Shown: positions 51,241 through 61,313 of the stretch, piece by piece
Position numbering within the stretch: the first letter of the stretch is position 1
Layout: the number at the start of each line of letters is the position of its first letter
Origin: Planctomycetota bacterium
GTDB lineage: Bacteria > Planctomycetota > UBA1135 > GCA-002686595
DNA: 64,000 bases
Direction: 5' to 3'
NCBI GenBank assembly: GCA_040880665.1
Contig: JBBDIB010000061.1
Span: 24,688 to 88,687, forward strand
The notes under the pieces: model-generated
The model's input: the letters and a program-made list of their open reading frames with translations, nothing else
Told to the model about the DNA's origin: nothing
Database searches by the model: none
Made by a program: the position numbers and the translations under genes

Positions 51241-54200
51241 ATGAGCGTCCCCGACCCCGACCCCGTCCCCGAGCGCAGCCCCGAGCGCGGGCCCAAGCGC
51301 GCGGCCGAGCCGCCCAGTATCCCCGGGTACGAGGTCGATGCGGTCATCGGGCGGGGCGCCAGCGGCGTCGTCTATCGCGCGCGGCAGTTGGCGGTCGATC
51401 GAGAGGTGGCGCTGAAAGTGCTCCTGCCCGAGCTGTCGCGTTCGCCGCGCATCGTGCAGCGCCTCAAGCGCGAGGCTCGTACGACGGCCCGTCTCGCGCA
51501 CCCCAACGTGATCTCCGCGATCGACATGGGCGAAGTCGACGGGCGCTGGTGGTACGCGATGGAACTGGTCGAGGGCGGCACCCTGGCGCAGCTCGTCAAG
51601 CGCTCGGGCCGACTGGAGGAGCGGCAGGCGCTGGGGCTCTTCATTCCGCTCGTCGGCGCCCTCGCGCACCTCGCCGAGCACGGCGTCGTGCATCGCGACA
51701 TCAAGCCCGCGAACATCCTGATCGACGAGCGCACGGGGCTGGCGCGACTCGCGGATCTGGGGCTGGCGTTCGCCGACGACGATCCCGACAAGACGCGCAG
51801 CGGGACGCTCGGCACACCCGCGTTCATGGCGCCCGAGCAAGCGATCGATTCGGGCTCCGCGGACGTGCAGAGCGATCTGTGGTCGCTGGGCGCGACGATG
51901 TTCCACGCCGTGTGCGGTCGCCCGCCCTTCGGCGGTGCGAGCGCCGCCGAAGTCTTGACCGAGGTGTTGCACGCCGAGGTGCCCGATCCGTTGTCCTTCG
52001 CGCCGGATCTCTCGAACGGTTTCGCGCTGGTCCTGCGGAAGTGCCTGACGCGCGATCGGGATCAGCGCTATGGCTCCGCCGCCGAGCTGGCCGCCGACCT
52101 CGAGCGCGTGCGAGAGCGCCGCGCGCCGCACGTGCGGCGCTCTCAATTGGTGATGTCGCCGCGCGAGCGCGACCGACGTCGCGCGGTGCTGATCGCGCTC
52201 GCGTGCGTGGCGTTCTTCGTCGTCGGCGGCACCCTGCTGCGCGTCTTGACCCGCGCCGCGGCCGGAGGCGAGGAGGTCGCGACCCACGCCGACTACGTTC
52301 CCTTGATCTCGCTCGAAGAGCGCGTGGCGCGCGGCGACGCGTCGCTGCTGGCACAGCAACTGCGCGAGCTCGAGCGCTTGCGCGCCGAGGCGCCCGTCTC
52401 CAGCTCGGGCCAGCTGATTCGCGTTTCGACCGAGCTCTACCAGTCCCTGCGCGCCGAGGTCCACGCATTGCGGCGACAGACCGAGCACGCTGTCGACGCG
52501 GCGCTCGAGCGCAACGACTTCGTCGCGGCGCGCGCAGCCCTCGACGAGGTCGATACCAAGCTCGTGCGTCGGACGGGCTTCAAGCGCGAGGAGCTCGAAG
52601 CGCACTCCGTCTTGTTGCGGCTCTCGGCCGAGGAGCGCGATGTTCAACAGCGGCTGGAGGTCACACTGCGTGCGGTCGCGGGCGCGGCGCGCGCCTGGGT
52701 CGGCGAGGCGCGCCTCGACGCACAGCGCGCCTTCGAGCGTGAGGAATGGCGTGCGGCCTGGAAGCGCATCGACCTCTCCCGCGACGAGTTGCTGCGACTT
52801 CTGGGCTTCGCCGACTACCGCTTCCCGAAGGAGGCCTTGGACGACGTGCTGCTTCCGATCGAGGTCGAATTGCGCCTCGAGCGCCAGAAGCTGCGCGATC
52901 GCTGGACCAGCGTCGACCGCGGCTTGATCGCGGCGCTCGACGAGGCGACGGCCAAGCTCGAGCGCGATCTCGAGACGCACGTCGGTGGTGTGTTCGATGC
53001 GGCGAGCGACCTCGCGCGGAACTTCGAGCGCCTGCTCGTCGCGCGCAAGATCGCTCCGGAGGAGCTGCCGGAGGCATTCTCGTTCCGCGCCCCCGCGGAG
53101 TTGACCGAACGCATCGCGCGGCTGCGCGCTGCAGAGGAGCGCCGCCTCGAGAGCGACGTCGCAGCGCTGTTCCGGGACGTCGTCAGCATCGAGCGGCGGC
53201 GCTTCCAGCGCCGCGACTTCGCGTCGGTGGCCGAGACCTGGAGCGAGGTCGCGCGCGCCACCGAGCGCGAGTTGGGTCACCCCGAATCCGAGTGGCGCGC
53301 GCACCAACGGCGCCTCGCGCGCTCGCGCGCCCTCGGAGCCCGCCGACTCCAAGACCTGCTGGATCGCGCCGCGGAGCGCGTTCGGGCGCTGGACGGCCAG
53401 ACGATCGAACTGGCGCTGGGCGGGATTCCGCGCCGCGGAACGATCGTCGCCGGCGTCGATCCCCGGAAGGGCTTTCGCTTCGTGGACGAGCTGGGACAGG
53501 AGCGACGCTTCGAGCCGGCGACCCTGCCGCTGCGCGCGCTCGAGCGCTTGCTCGAATTGCGCCGGCCGAGCGAGCTGAACGCCGAGGAGCGGCTCGACTA
53601 CGCGTTGTTGCTGGCAGCCGACGCCGAGCACGAGCGCGCGGCCGAGGTGCTCGGTTCGGGTCCCGTGCCGCGCGAGGGCGCGCTGGGCGAGCTGTTCGCG
53701 GACCTCTCGGCGCGCGTCGAAGCCGCGCGGGAGCGCGGGCTCGATCGCGCGCGTAGCCGTGCCAGCGAGGCGGCGGAGCTGCTCGAGCGGGTCTTCGAGG
53801 ACCATCGCCACACGCATGCGCCCGCTTCCGTGCTGACCGAGGTCGAGGACCTCTTGGATCAGTACGGCGACATCCAAGGCGTGCGCGATCGGCGTAGCGA
53901 CCTCCTGCGGCTGCGCGACGAACTGCGCGGCGACGGCGGCCGTCCGGGGCAGGAGTCCTTCACGCGCGTCTATCCCGACGCCGTCGTCCGCTTTCCGCAG
54001 CCGCACCGCGCCGAGCTGAAGTTCGACCTGACGCGTGGGCGCTTGCCGCGCGCGTGGCGCGCCGGCGAATGGCGTTTCGATGGCATCGGCTGGAGCGATC
54101 CGAAGCCCGCCGCGGGATGGGAAGATCTCGCCACGTCGAACGGGCCGCGCGTCGTGCTGAGCGCTCCGCTCGCGTGGACCACCGAGGGCTTCCGCGTCGT

Positions 54201-54591
54201 GCTCGACCTCGCTCGCATCGGGAACGAGCCCGCGCAGTGCTGCATCGTGTCGATCGGCGGCTTCCACGTCGCGCTCGCCGAAGGCTTGTTGCCCGGCGCG
54301 GCCGAGTTTCGCCCACGCTGGCTCGTGACGGGCGGCGACCTCGCCGACCTGATCCGGCGACTCGGGACGGGCGAGGGCCGCCAGGTGCCCGAACTCTTCG
54401 GCGAGCGCGCCGCGTTCCAACTGGTCCTCGAGGGCTCGATCTCGGGCGGTTGGTTGACGCTCGAGCTCGACGGGCGCGAGTTGGGTAGCTCGCGCAATCT
54501 GCGTTCCGAGGCCGACCCGCCGTACGCGCTCGAGCTGCGCACCTGGGAGCCCATGCGCTTGATGGCGATGACCATCGAGGCGGGGCGTTGA
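51241..54591 (+). CDS. Serine/threonine protein kinase with a ~800-aa C-terminal extension
   Basis: 1116 aa from the ATG at 51241, 2 nt after the preceding stop. Hanks motifs GRGASGVVYRA, VALKVL, HRDIKPANIL, DLGLA and GTPAFMAPE. One TM helix (AVLIALACVAFFVVGGTLL) and a long helical extracytoplasmic region. Confidence 0.9.
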   Translation: MSVPDPDPVPERSPERGPKRAAEPPSIPGYEVDAVIGRGASGVVYRARQLAVDREVALKVLLPELSRSPRIVQRLKREARTTARLAHPNVISAIDMGEVDGRWWYAMELVEGGTLAQLVKRSGRLEERQALGLFIPLVGALAHLAEHGVVHRDIKPANILIDERTGLARLADLGLAFADDDPDKTRSGTLGTPAFMAPEQAIDSGSADVQSDLWSLGATMFHAVCGRPPFGGASAAEVLTEVLHAEVPDPLSFAPDLSNGFALVLRKCLTRDRDQRYGSAAELAADLERVRERRAPHVRRSQLVMSPRERDRRRAVLIALACVAFFVVGGTLLRVLTRAAAGGEEVATHADYVPLISLEERVARGDASLLAQQLRELERLRAEAPVSSSGQLIRVSTELYQSLRAEVHALRRQTEHAVDAALERNDFVAARAALDEVDTKLVRRTGFKREELEAHSVLLRLSAEERDVQQRLEVTLRAVAGAARAWVGEARLDAQRAFEREEWRAAWKRIDLSRDELLRLLGFADYRFPKEALDDVLLPIEVELRLERQKLRDRWTSVDRGLIAALDEATAKLERDLETHVGGVFDAASDLARNFERLLVARKIAPEELPEAFSFRAPAELTERIARLRAAEERRLESDVAALFRDVVSIERRRFQRRDFASVAETWSEVARATERELGHPESEWRAHQRRLARSRALGARRLQDLLDRAAERVRALDGQTIELALGGIPRRGTIVAGVDPRKGFRFVDELGQERRFEPATLPLRALERLLELRRPSELNAEERLDYALLLAADAEHERAAEVLGSGPVPREGALGELFADLSARVEAARERGLDRARSRASEAAELLERVFEDHRHTHAPASVLTEVEDLLDQYGDIQGVRDRRSDLLRLRDELRGDGGRPGQESFTRVYPDAVVRFPQPHRAELKFDLTRGRLPRAWRAGEWRFDGIGWSDPKPAAGWEDLATSNGPRVVLSAPLAWTTEGFRVVLDLARIGNEPAQCCIVSIGGFHVALAEGLLPGAAEFRPRWLVTGGDLADLIRRLGTGEGRQVPELFGERAAFQLVLEGSISGGWLTLELDGRELGSSRNLRSEADPPYALELRTWEPMRLMAMTIEAGR

Positions 54592-54610
54592 GCGACGTCA
54601 CGACGGGCCG

Positions 54611-55696
54611 ATGACGGATCGAGCGCGCCTCGCCGCCTACGTCTATCCCGGCTGGCACCCGACCACCGAGCGCGACGCGAACTTCCACCCCGGCTTCACG
54701 GAGTGGGAGCTGGTCGAGGCCACGCGCCCCCGCTTTCAGGATCACTGGCAGCCGCGCGTGCCGCTGCTCGGTACGTACGACGATCGCGACCCCGTCGCGG
54801 TAGGGCAGCGCATCGCGCTCGCGCGCGGCCACGGCGTCGACGCCTTCGTGTACGGGTTCTTCTGGTGCCGGGGGAAGCGCGTCTTCGAAGACGCTCTCGA
54901 CCTCGGCTTCCTGGGCTCGGAACTCGGCCGCGAGACGCCCTTCGCCGTGCTGTGGGCGAATCGCATGCCGCGCCGCATCCTGCCGGTGCGTCGCGCCGAC
55001 CTGCCCGTCATCGATCCCGCGCGCGAGGTCCCGAGCGACGTCGAGGACTTCGTCGACCTGGTGCGAACGTTGGCCGTGAACTACTTCGGGCGGTCCAACT
55101 ACCTGTTGGTGGAGGGGCGGGCCTACTTCGCGATCTACGACTCGACCTTCTTCCTGCGCGAGCTCGGCTTGGAGCGCGCCAAGCGCGCGATCTCGCGCGC
55201 GCGCCGTTGGCTGGCACGCGAGGGCTACCCGGATCTGCACCTGGCGGCGATCGAGCCGAACGCCGAGGCGCTGGGGCACGTCGAGGCTGTCGGCTTCGAC
55301 AGCGTGACGCACTACGTGTTCCTGCCCGACTGGAAAGGTCCGCTGGAGCAGGACTATCGGACGTACGCCGAGCTGCGCGCGAGTCAGTGGGCGAGCTTCG
55401 CCCAGCGCTCCGGGCTGCGCTACATGCCGGCCGTCGCGCCGGGGTGGGACGCGACACCGCGCGCCGCCGACTTCGGTAGCGAGCGGCCCGGCAAGTACCC
55501 GTGGTCGCCGGTCGTGACGGGCTCGCATCCCGAGCTGTTCCACGAGGCGGTCGTGCGCGCGCGCCGCTACGCGCATCGAAACCTCGGGCCGGAGGATCTC
55601 GTGCTCGTCGCCTCGCTCAACGAATGGAGCGAAGGGCACTACCTGGAGCCGGACCGACGATTCCGTTACGGCTGGCTCGAGGCCCTGGCCGACTGA
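54611..55696 (+). CDS. WbsX-like glycosyl hydrolase/transferase family protein (GH99-like)
   Basis: 361 aa. YVYPGWHPTTERDANFHPGFTEWELV and GVDAFVYGFFW match the Glyco_tran_WbsX pattern. Confidence 0.7.
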   Translation: MTDRARLAAYVYPGWHPTTERDANFHPGFTEWELVEATRPRFQDHWQPRVPLLGTYDDRDPVAVGQRIALARGHGVDAFVYGFFWCRGKRVFEDALDLGFLGSELGRETPFAVLWANRMPRRILPVRRADLPVIDPAREVPSDVEDFVDLVRTLAVNYFGRSNYLLVEGRAYFAIYDSTFFLRELGLERAKRAISRARRWLAREGYPDLHLAAIEPNAEALGHVEAVGFDSVTHYVFLPDWKGPLEQDYRTYAELRASQWASFAQRSGLRYMPAVAPGWDATPRAADFGSERPGKYPWSPVVTGSHPELFHEAVVRARRYAHRNLGPEDLVLVASLNEWSEGHYLEPDRRFRYGWLEALAD

Positions 55697-55790
55697 TGCG
55701 GCGTTCCGCCGATCGAAGGCTTCCATTGGCGCGCGAGGACGGCCACGAGAGTGTGAGGGCCGCGCTCTGGAGGCGCGCGGCGCGCACAGC

Positions 55791-56723
55791 ATGGGGCGAC
55801 GACTCGACTACAACGCGACCTTGGTTCGGCGGATCGATCTGGCGGAACGACTCCGCATCTTTCGCTTCCGCTCGGACTTCGAGCTGCCCGCGGCGCCCTG
55901 GTTCGTGCCGGGCCAGTCCGTCGTGTTGGGCCTCAACAACGAGGCCTGGCCGGAGCACGGCAGCACCAAGCGCGCCATGTCGATCGCGTCCTCCGCCGAG
56001 AACCGCGAGGAGGTCGAGTTCTACGTGCGCTTCGTCGACGAGCCGGTTTCGAAGAGCCCGCTGACGCACCTCCTCTGGCAGCTCGTCGAGGGCGACCGCG
56101 CCTTCGTTCGACCGGCTCCGAAGGGGCGCTTCACCGTTCCCGATTTGCTGGCGCCGGACGATGCGCGGCTACGGCTGTTCGTGGCCGCGGGCACCGGGCT
56201 CGCGCCCTTCGTCTCGATCGTCCGGACCTTCCGCGACCAGTGGCCGGGCGCCTCGCTGGAGCGCTTCGCGATCGTGCACGGCGCGAGCTATTCCGAGGAG
56301 CTGGGCTACCGAGCGGAACTCGAGCACTTGGCCGCCGAGGCCGGCCTGCGCTACGTCCCGACGATCAGTCGGGCAGCCGAGCGCCCGGGCTGGACCGGTG
56401 CGGCGGGCCGCGCCGAGGATCTCCTCCGCAGCGAGCGCTTGGCGGAGCTGGAACGGGGGCTGGCGCTCGCGCCCGGCGAGTTGCGCCCGGAGCGCGTCGC
56501 CGTCTTCGTCTGCGGTCTGCGCGGCACGATCGCCCGGAGCATCGAGCGGCTGACCCTGCGCGGCTTCGTCCCCGACCACGGCGGGGTGCGCCGCGCGCTG
56601 GGCCTCTCCGACGACATCCCGCCCAGCCTCTTCTTCGAGCAGTACGACACCGAGCCCGTCATCGACCTTCGCGACGCGGTCCTGTGCGAGCGCCTCGGGC
56701 GCCAACTGCGCGGCGCGCTGTAA
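55791..56723 (+). CDS. Ferredoxin-NADP+ reductase-type oxidoreductase (FAD/NAD(P)-binding)
   Basis: 310 aa with an FAD-binding RAMSIASS (RxYS-type) motif and an NAD(P)-binding AAGTGLAPF motif. Confidence 0.8.
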   Translation: MGRRLDYNATLVRRIDLAERLRIFRFRSDFELPAAPWFVPGQSVVLGLNNEAWPEHGSTKRAMSIASSAENREEVEFYVRFVDEPVSKSPLTHLLWQLVEGDRAFVRPAPKGRFTVPDLLAPDDARLRLFVAAGTGLAPFVSIVRTFRDQWPGASLERFAIVHGASYSEELGYRAELEHLAAEAGLRYVPTISRAAERPGWTGAAGRAEDLLRSERLAELERGLALAPGELRPERVAVFVCGLRGTIARSIERLTLRGFVPDHGGVRRALGLSDDIPPSLFFEQYDTEPVIDLRDAVLCERLGRQLRGAL

Positions 56724-56897
56724 GACAGCCGCGCGCTTGGAAGCCCAGCGGGCGGCGAGGCCGGTCGGGTGAGAGGGAGCCGCTTCCCCTCCGGGGCTCC
56801 TCAGGAGGAAACTGGCCCCAAGCGGCTCCCGCTCAGCAGCCAGACGAACGGCGCGCGACGGGTTGCGCGCAAGGCGCGAAAACTGCCGGCCCCCGGG

Positions 56898-57488
56898 TCA
56901 GTCCAAGAGGAAGCGGCGGCCGATGGCGCGCAGGGCTTCGTGCTTCTCGGCGGGGGCCAGGGCCAGCCCGCGCTCCAGCGCCCCTTGGATCTCGTCCGGA
57001 GCGACGCCGGCGCGTTGGGCGCCGCGGACGTGGCTGGCGAGCTGGCGGGGTAGGTTCAAGGCGGCCAGGCAGGCCACGGCCAGGGTCTCGCGCTCGCCCA
57101 GCGACAGGCCGGGGCGCGCCAGGACGCGTCCATAGGCGAACTCGCGGATCCAGCGCGCGAAGAGGGGATGGAAGTCGACGAGGCTCGTGTGGACCGCCTC
57201 CGCGCCTCGGCCGTAGACCTCGGCGAAACATGCCGCGCCCGCTGCGTCCGGATCGTCGGCTTCGAGCAGCTCGTCCCCGTCCGGGGCGCCCAGCCCGCCG
57301 GCCGCCGAGACGTGGCCCCAGGCCGCGACCACGCGCGGAATGCCCGCGAACAGCGCCGTCTGCAGCAGCGTCTCGCGCCAGCGGCGATCGGGTCGGCCGG
57401 CGGCGACGAGCCGTTCGAGCGCCGGCCGATCGCCGGCGAGCGTCGCGAGCGCGAGCTCCAGCAGCTCGGGGGCGGCGCCCGCGCTCAC
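56898..57488 (-). CDS. Carboxymuconolactone decarboxylase (AhpD-like) family protein
   Basis: 196 aa. FAYGRVLARPGLSLGERETLAVACLAALNLPRQLASHVRGAQRAGV is typical of the CMD family. The start overlaps the psd stop (ATGA). Confidence 0.7.
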   Translation of the reverse strand: MSAGAAPELLELALATLAGDRPALERLVAAGRPDRRWRETLLQTALFAGIPRVVAAWGHVSAAGGLGAPDGDELLEADDPDAAGAACFAEVYGRGAEAVHTSLVDFHPLFARWIREFAYGRVLARPGLSLGERETLAVACLAALNLPRQLASHVRGAQRAGVAPDEIQGALERGLALAPAEKHEALRAIGRRFLLD

Positions 57489-58309
57489 CGTGTCTCCTCG
57501 GAAGGCCCGTCGGAAGCCTTTTCGAAGCGGCCGATGGGACGCCCGAGGCGCACCTGCGTCTCCGGTACGAGCCCCTCGATCGGCGTCGCGACGCCCGGCG
57601 GCAGCAGCAGCACCACGGTCGAGCCCAATTCGAAGCGACCCAGCTCGCTACCGCGCGGTCGGTCGAGCGGCGCCGCGGGCGTCGTTCCGTGCTCCACGCC
57701 GACCACGCGGATGCGGCCGACGTTGAGCGCGCCGACCAGGACCAGGTACGCGTGGCCGAACTCGGTGCCGAGCCGCAGCACCGCCCGCTCGTTGATCGAG
57801 AGCACCTTGAGGCGTTTGGCCAGCACCTTGGGCTGGACCGAATAGCGCGCACCGGGCAGCCAGCGCACGTGCTCCAGGCGCGCGTCGAAGGGCGTGTGCA
57901 CGCGGTGGTAGTCGCGGGGCCCCAGGTAGATCGTCCAGGCGACGCCGCCCTCGAGCTCGGGCACCGGCTCGCCGAGGATCTCGTCGACGGTGTACGGGCG
58001 ACCCTTGGCCTGCAGGATCACGCCGCGCTCGATCTTCGTGACGGCTTGGATCTTGCCGTCGCAGGGCGAGACGAGCGCGCGGCCGTCCGCGTCGAGCGGG
58101 CGCGCGCCTTCCTTCAAGCGGCGCACGAAGAACGCTGAGACGCTGGAGTAGCCCTTGGCGTCCAGCGCCGCTTCGCTCGCGTCAGCCCCCGTGAAGCGCG
58201 CGAAGGTGCCCAGCACGAAGGGCCGCAGCGTCGTCGGGATGCGTCGGTCGGCCAGCCAGCCGATGAAGAGCGACAGCCCGCGCAGGAAAGGAGTGGAGGT
58301 CTGGGACAC
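57485..58309 (-). CDS. psd: Phosphatidylserine decarboxylase proenzyme
   Basis: Psd motifs SPCDGKI, YHRVHTP and the LGSTV self-cleavage site (FELGSTVVLL). The GTG at 58309 was chosen as start (uncertain). The upstream part of ORF 57485..58663 is Ser/Ala-rich and not protein-like. Confidence 0.82.
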   Translation of the reverse strand: MSQTSTPFLRGLSLFIGWLADRRIPTTLRPFVLGTFARFTGADASEAALDAKGYSSVSAFFVRRLKEGARPLDADGRALVSPCDGKIQAVTKIERGVILQAKGRPYTVDEILGEPVPELEGGVAWTIYLGPRDYHRVHTPFDARLEHVRWLPGARYSVQPKVLAKRLKVLSINERAVLRLGTEFGHAYLVLVGALNVGRIRVVGVEHGTTPAAPLDRPRGSELGRFELGSTVVLLLPPGVATPIEGLVPETQVRLGRPIGRFEKASDGPSEETR

Positions 58310-58346
58310 GCGGGGAGAGGATACCGATTCGGAGGAGCCGGAACAG

Positions 58347-58793
58347 ATGACACGCGAAGTGGCGGAGACGCTCGAGGCCGCGCTGGCGGCGATGACTCTC
58401 GGCGTCGAGCCGGGACGCTTCGCCTTGATCGGAACGGCCAGTCGGTTGCCGTTGGCGCTGCTGGCCGACCTGGCGGCGGCCGACCTGCCAGAACCCTGGC
58501 AACTGGTGCGCGAGAGCGGCGAGACGACCGTACTCGTCACCGAAGCGCTGGCCGACAGGCTGCTCGTAGGCCTCGACGACGCGCGCGTCGAGCGCGACTT
58601 GGTCTGGATTCGCTTCGAGGCCGCCATGGGCTGGGAGGTCGTCGGCTTCCTGGCCCACGTCACGTCCGCGTTGGCCGCAGCCGGCGTGCCGCTGGGCGCG
58701 ATCTCGGGCTTCAGCCGCGATCACCTGTTCGTCGCGGCGCGCTACGAGGCGCTCGCGCTCGAGGTTCTCGGCCGAGTCGTCGGGCGTCGTTGA
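58347..58793 (+). CDS. ACT-domain (ACT_7/CASTOR-like) small-molecule-binding protein
   Basis: 148 aa from the ATG at 58347. WIRFEAAMGWEVVGFLAHVTSALAAAGVPLGAISGFSRDHLFV fits the ACT_7 pattern. Confidence 0.5.
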   Translation: MTREVAETLEAALAAMTLGVEPGRFALIGTASRLPLALLADLAAADLPEPWQLVRESGETTVLVTEALADRLLVGLDDARVERDLVWIRFEAAMGWEVVGFLAHVTSALAAAGVPLGAISGFSRDHLFVAARYEALALEVLGRVVGRR

Positions 58794-58876
58794 CCTCGCT
58801 GGCCAAGGCACGTACGTTCCCCAGCGCTCCCCGTTCGCCCCGCCTTCGTGCGGAGGCCCTTCCACGCAGGTAATCC

Positions 58877-60145
58877 ATGCAGAGCGCCGGAACCGTCGTC
58901 GTCTTGGCTGCAGGCCAGGGCACCCGCATGCGTTCGGCCCTGCCGAAGGTGCTGCACGAAGTCTGCGGCCGGCCGCTCCTCGGTTGGGTGCTCGACCAAG
59001 CGCGGGCGCTCGATCCCGAGCGCATCGTCGTCGTCACCGGGCACGCGGAGGCCGCGGTGCGCGAGTACGTCGAGCAATTCGAGAGCGATCCGCGCATCAC
59101 GTTCGCGCACCAATCCGTGCAGTACGGTACCGGACACGCGGTCGAGGTCGCGCTGGCGAACTTTCGCGGCGTCGGCGGATCGTGCGTCGTGCTCTACGGC
59201 GACATGCCGCTGGTGCGCGCCGAGTCGTTGGTGCGGCTGGTGGGACAACTGAAGGCCGCGCGCGCCGCGGCGACGACCGCGATCGTCGATCAGCCGCGCG
59301 GCTTCGGCCGCATCCTGCGCTCGGACGACGGAGCGTTCCGCGGCATCGTCGAGGAGCGCGACGCGTCGCCCAAGCAGCGCTCGATCCGCGAGGTCAACGT
59401 CGGCGTCTACGCGTTCCTGGTCGAGGACCTCGAGCTGCTCCTGCCCGAGCTCGAGCGCAACAACGCGCAGGGCGAGCTGTACCTGACGGATGTCCTGACG
59501 CGCATCGCCGAGCGCGGCGACACGATCGCCACGGTGGAGTTGGAGGATCCGAGCGACGCGATCGGGATCAACACGCTCGCGCATCTCGCCGAAGCGCGCA
59601 CGGCGATCCAGATGCGCATCCTCGAGCAGCATCTCGAGAACGGCGTCAAGATCATCGATCCCGCGACGACGTACATCGACCACGGCGTCACGATCGGCGC
59701 CGGCACCGAGATCCTGCCCTGCACCGTGATTCGCGGCGACGTCGTGATCGGCGAGCGCTGCGAGGTCGGCCCGTTCACGCATCTGCGCGCGGGGACGCGC
59801 CTCGCGGACGGCGCCGAGATCGGCAACTTCTGCGAAGCCAAGAAAGCCGTCGTCGGTCCGGGGACGAAGGCCAAGCACCTGACGTACCTCGGCGACGTGA
59901 CGATCGGCGCCAAGGCCAACATCGGCGCGGGCACGATCGTCGCCAACTACGACGGCACGCACAAACACCTGACGACGATCGGCGACCGCGCGTTCGTCGG
60001 TTCGGGCTCGGTGCTGATCGCCCCCTGCGCGGTGGGGGACGACGCTCTGACCGGTGGCGGCGCGGTCGTCACCCGCAATGCGTCGATCCCGCCCGGCGAG
60101 GCCTGGGTCGGGGTGCCCGCGCGCCCGCTGCCGAAGAAGCGCTGA
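58877..60145 (+). CDS. glmU: Bifunctional UDP-N-acetylglucosamine pyrophosphorylase / glucosamine-1-phosphate N-acetyltransferase
   Basis: 422 aa with LAAGQGTRMRSALPKVLH at the N-terminus and a C-terminal left-handed beta-helix hexapeptide region (IGAKANIGAGTIVANYDG). Confidence 0.92.
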   Translation: MQSAGTVVVLAAGQGTRMRSALPKVLHEVCGRPLLGWVLDQARALDPERIVVVTGHAEAAVREYVEQFESDPRITFAHQSVQYGTGHAVEVALANFRGVGGSCVVLYGDMPLVRAESLVRLVGQLKAARAAATTAIVDQPRGFGRILRSDDGAFRGIVEERDASPKQRSIREVNVGVYAFLVEDLELLLPELERNNAQGELYLTDVLTRIAERGDTIATVELEDPSDAIGINTLAHLAEARTAIQMRILEQHLENGVKIIDPATTYIDHGVTIGAGTEILPCTVIRGDVVIGERCEVGPFTHLRAGTRLADGAEIGNFCEAKKAVVGPGTKAKHLTYLGDVTIGAKANIGAGTIVANYDGTHKHLTTIGDRAFVGSGSVLIAPCAVGDDALTGGGAVVTRNASIPPGEAWVGVPARPLPKKR

Positions 60146-60252
60146 GCGCCCCGCTCGAGCCGCTCTCGGTCGACCGACTTCACGCAAAGAGCAAGCGGCG
60201 CGTCGCGCCGGCCCCCCCCCCGAACTTCCTCCCGGCCCCGACGAGCCCCCCC

Positions 60253-61221
60253 GTGACGAGCCCCTACTTCTCCGACGACGTCCGCCTGATCGCGGGTTCC
60301 GCGCACCCGGTGCTGGCGCAGCGCATCGCCGATTGCCTCGAGATGGAGCTGGGGGACTGCCACGTGGGCCGCTTTCCGGACGGCGAGATCGACATCAAGA
60401 TCAACGACGACCTGCGCGGCGCCGACTGCTTCGTGCTGCAGCCGTTGTGCCCGCCGGTCAACGAGAACTGGATCGAGCTGTTGCTGCTGCTCGACACGCT
60501 GCGGCGCGCGTCGGCCGGCCGCATCACGGCGGTCATGCCGTACTACGGCTACGCCAGGAAGGACCGCAAGGACGAGGGCCGCGTCCCGATCAGCGCCAAG
60601 GTCGTGGCGAACACGCTGACCCACGGGGGCGCCGATCGCCTCCTGACGATCGACATGCACGCGGCGCAGATCCAGGGCTTCTACGACATCCCCGTGGATC
60701 ACCTCTACGCGAAGCCGGTGCTCTTGAACCGCATTCGCGAGCTGGCGATCGAAAAGCCGGTGATCGTCTCGCCGGACGTGGGTGGCATCAAGATGGCCCG
60801 CAGCTATGCGAAGGTTCTGGGGGCCGATCTGGCGATCGTCGACAAGCGGCGGATCTCGGGCTCCGAGATCGCGGTCGAGCACGTCATCGGCCGCGTCGAG
60901 GGCTCCAACGTGATCATCGTCGACGACATGATCTCGACCGGCGGCTCGATCTCCGAAGCGGCCAAGGTCTGTCGGCTCCACGGCGCCAAGCAGATCGTCC
61001 TGGCGGTCTCGCACGCGGTGCTGTGCGGCCCGGCGGTAGAGCGGCTGGATTCCTGCCCGGCGGACAAGATCCTGGTCACGGACACCATCCCCCGGCGCGG
61101 CAGCATCCCCAAGCACCTCGAGGAGGTCTCCATCGCCCCGTTGCTCGCGCGGGCGGTGAAGCACCTACACGAATCGAAGTCCCTCTCGGTTCTGTTCGAC
61201 CATTTCGACGGCGCCGTGTAG
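60253..61221 (+). CDS. prs: Ribose-phosphate pyrophosphokinase
   Basis: The GTG at 60253 is a tentative start. Motifs VMPYYGYARKDRK, DMHAAQIQGFYDIPVDHL and the PRPP loop IIVDDMISTGGS. Confidence 0.92.
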   Translation: MTSPYFSDDVRLIAGSAHPVLAQRIADCLEMELGDCHVGRFPDGEIDIKINDDLRGADCFVLQPLCPPVNENWIELLLLLDTLRRASAGRITAVMPYYGYARKDRKDEGRVPISAKVVANTLTHGGADRLLTIDMHAAQIQGFYDIPVDHLYAKPVLLNRIRELAIEKPVIVSPDVGGIKMARSYAKVLGADLAIVDKRRISGSEIAVEHVIGRVEGSNVIIVDDMISTGGSISEAAKVCRLHGAKQIVLAVSHAVLCGPAVERLDSCPADKILVTDTIPRRGSIPKHLEEVSIAPLLARAVKHLHESKSLSVLFDHFDGAV

Positions 61222-61313
61222 GCTCTTCGCCCTCTTGTCGGCCGGACGCCGCGCTCCTCGGCGCCCGCGCCTTCGTTCCCCTGTCGTTTCCAACCATCCA
61301 GGGACACCACTCC

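Noticed and set aside
50434-54591. 1385-aa ORF in the six-frame track, with similar very long ORFs at 51235..54420 (-), 53960..55792 (-), 61524..63473 (-), 17053..18720 (-), 35367..37058 (-) and 49091..51163 (-)
   Set aside because: These are upstream extensions or antisense/off-frame shadows of real genes, as expected in ~70% GC DNA where stop codons are rare. Their translations are Arg/Ala/Gly/Pro-rich low-complexity strings with no recognisable motifs. The partner frames carry clear family signatures such as kinase, ribosomal proteins and GT9.
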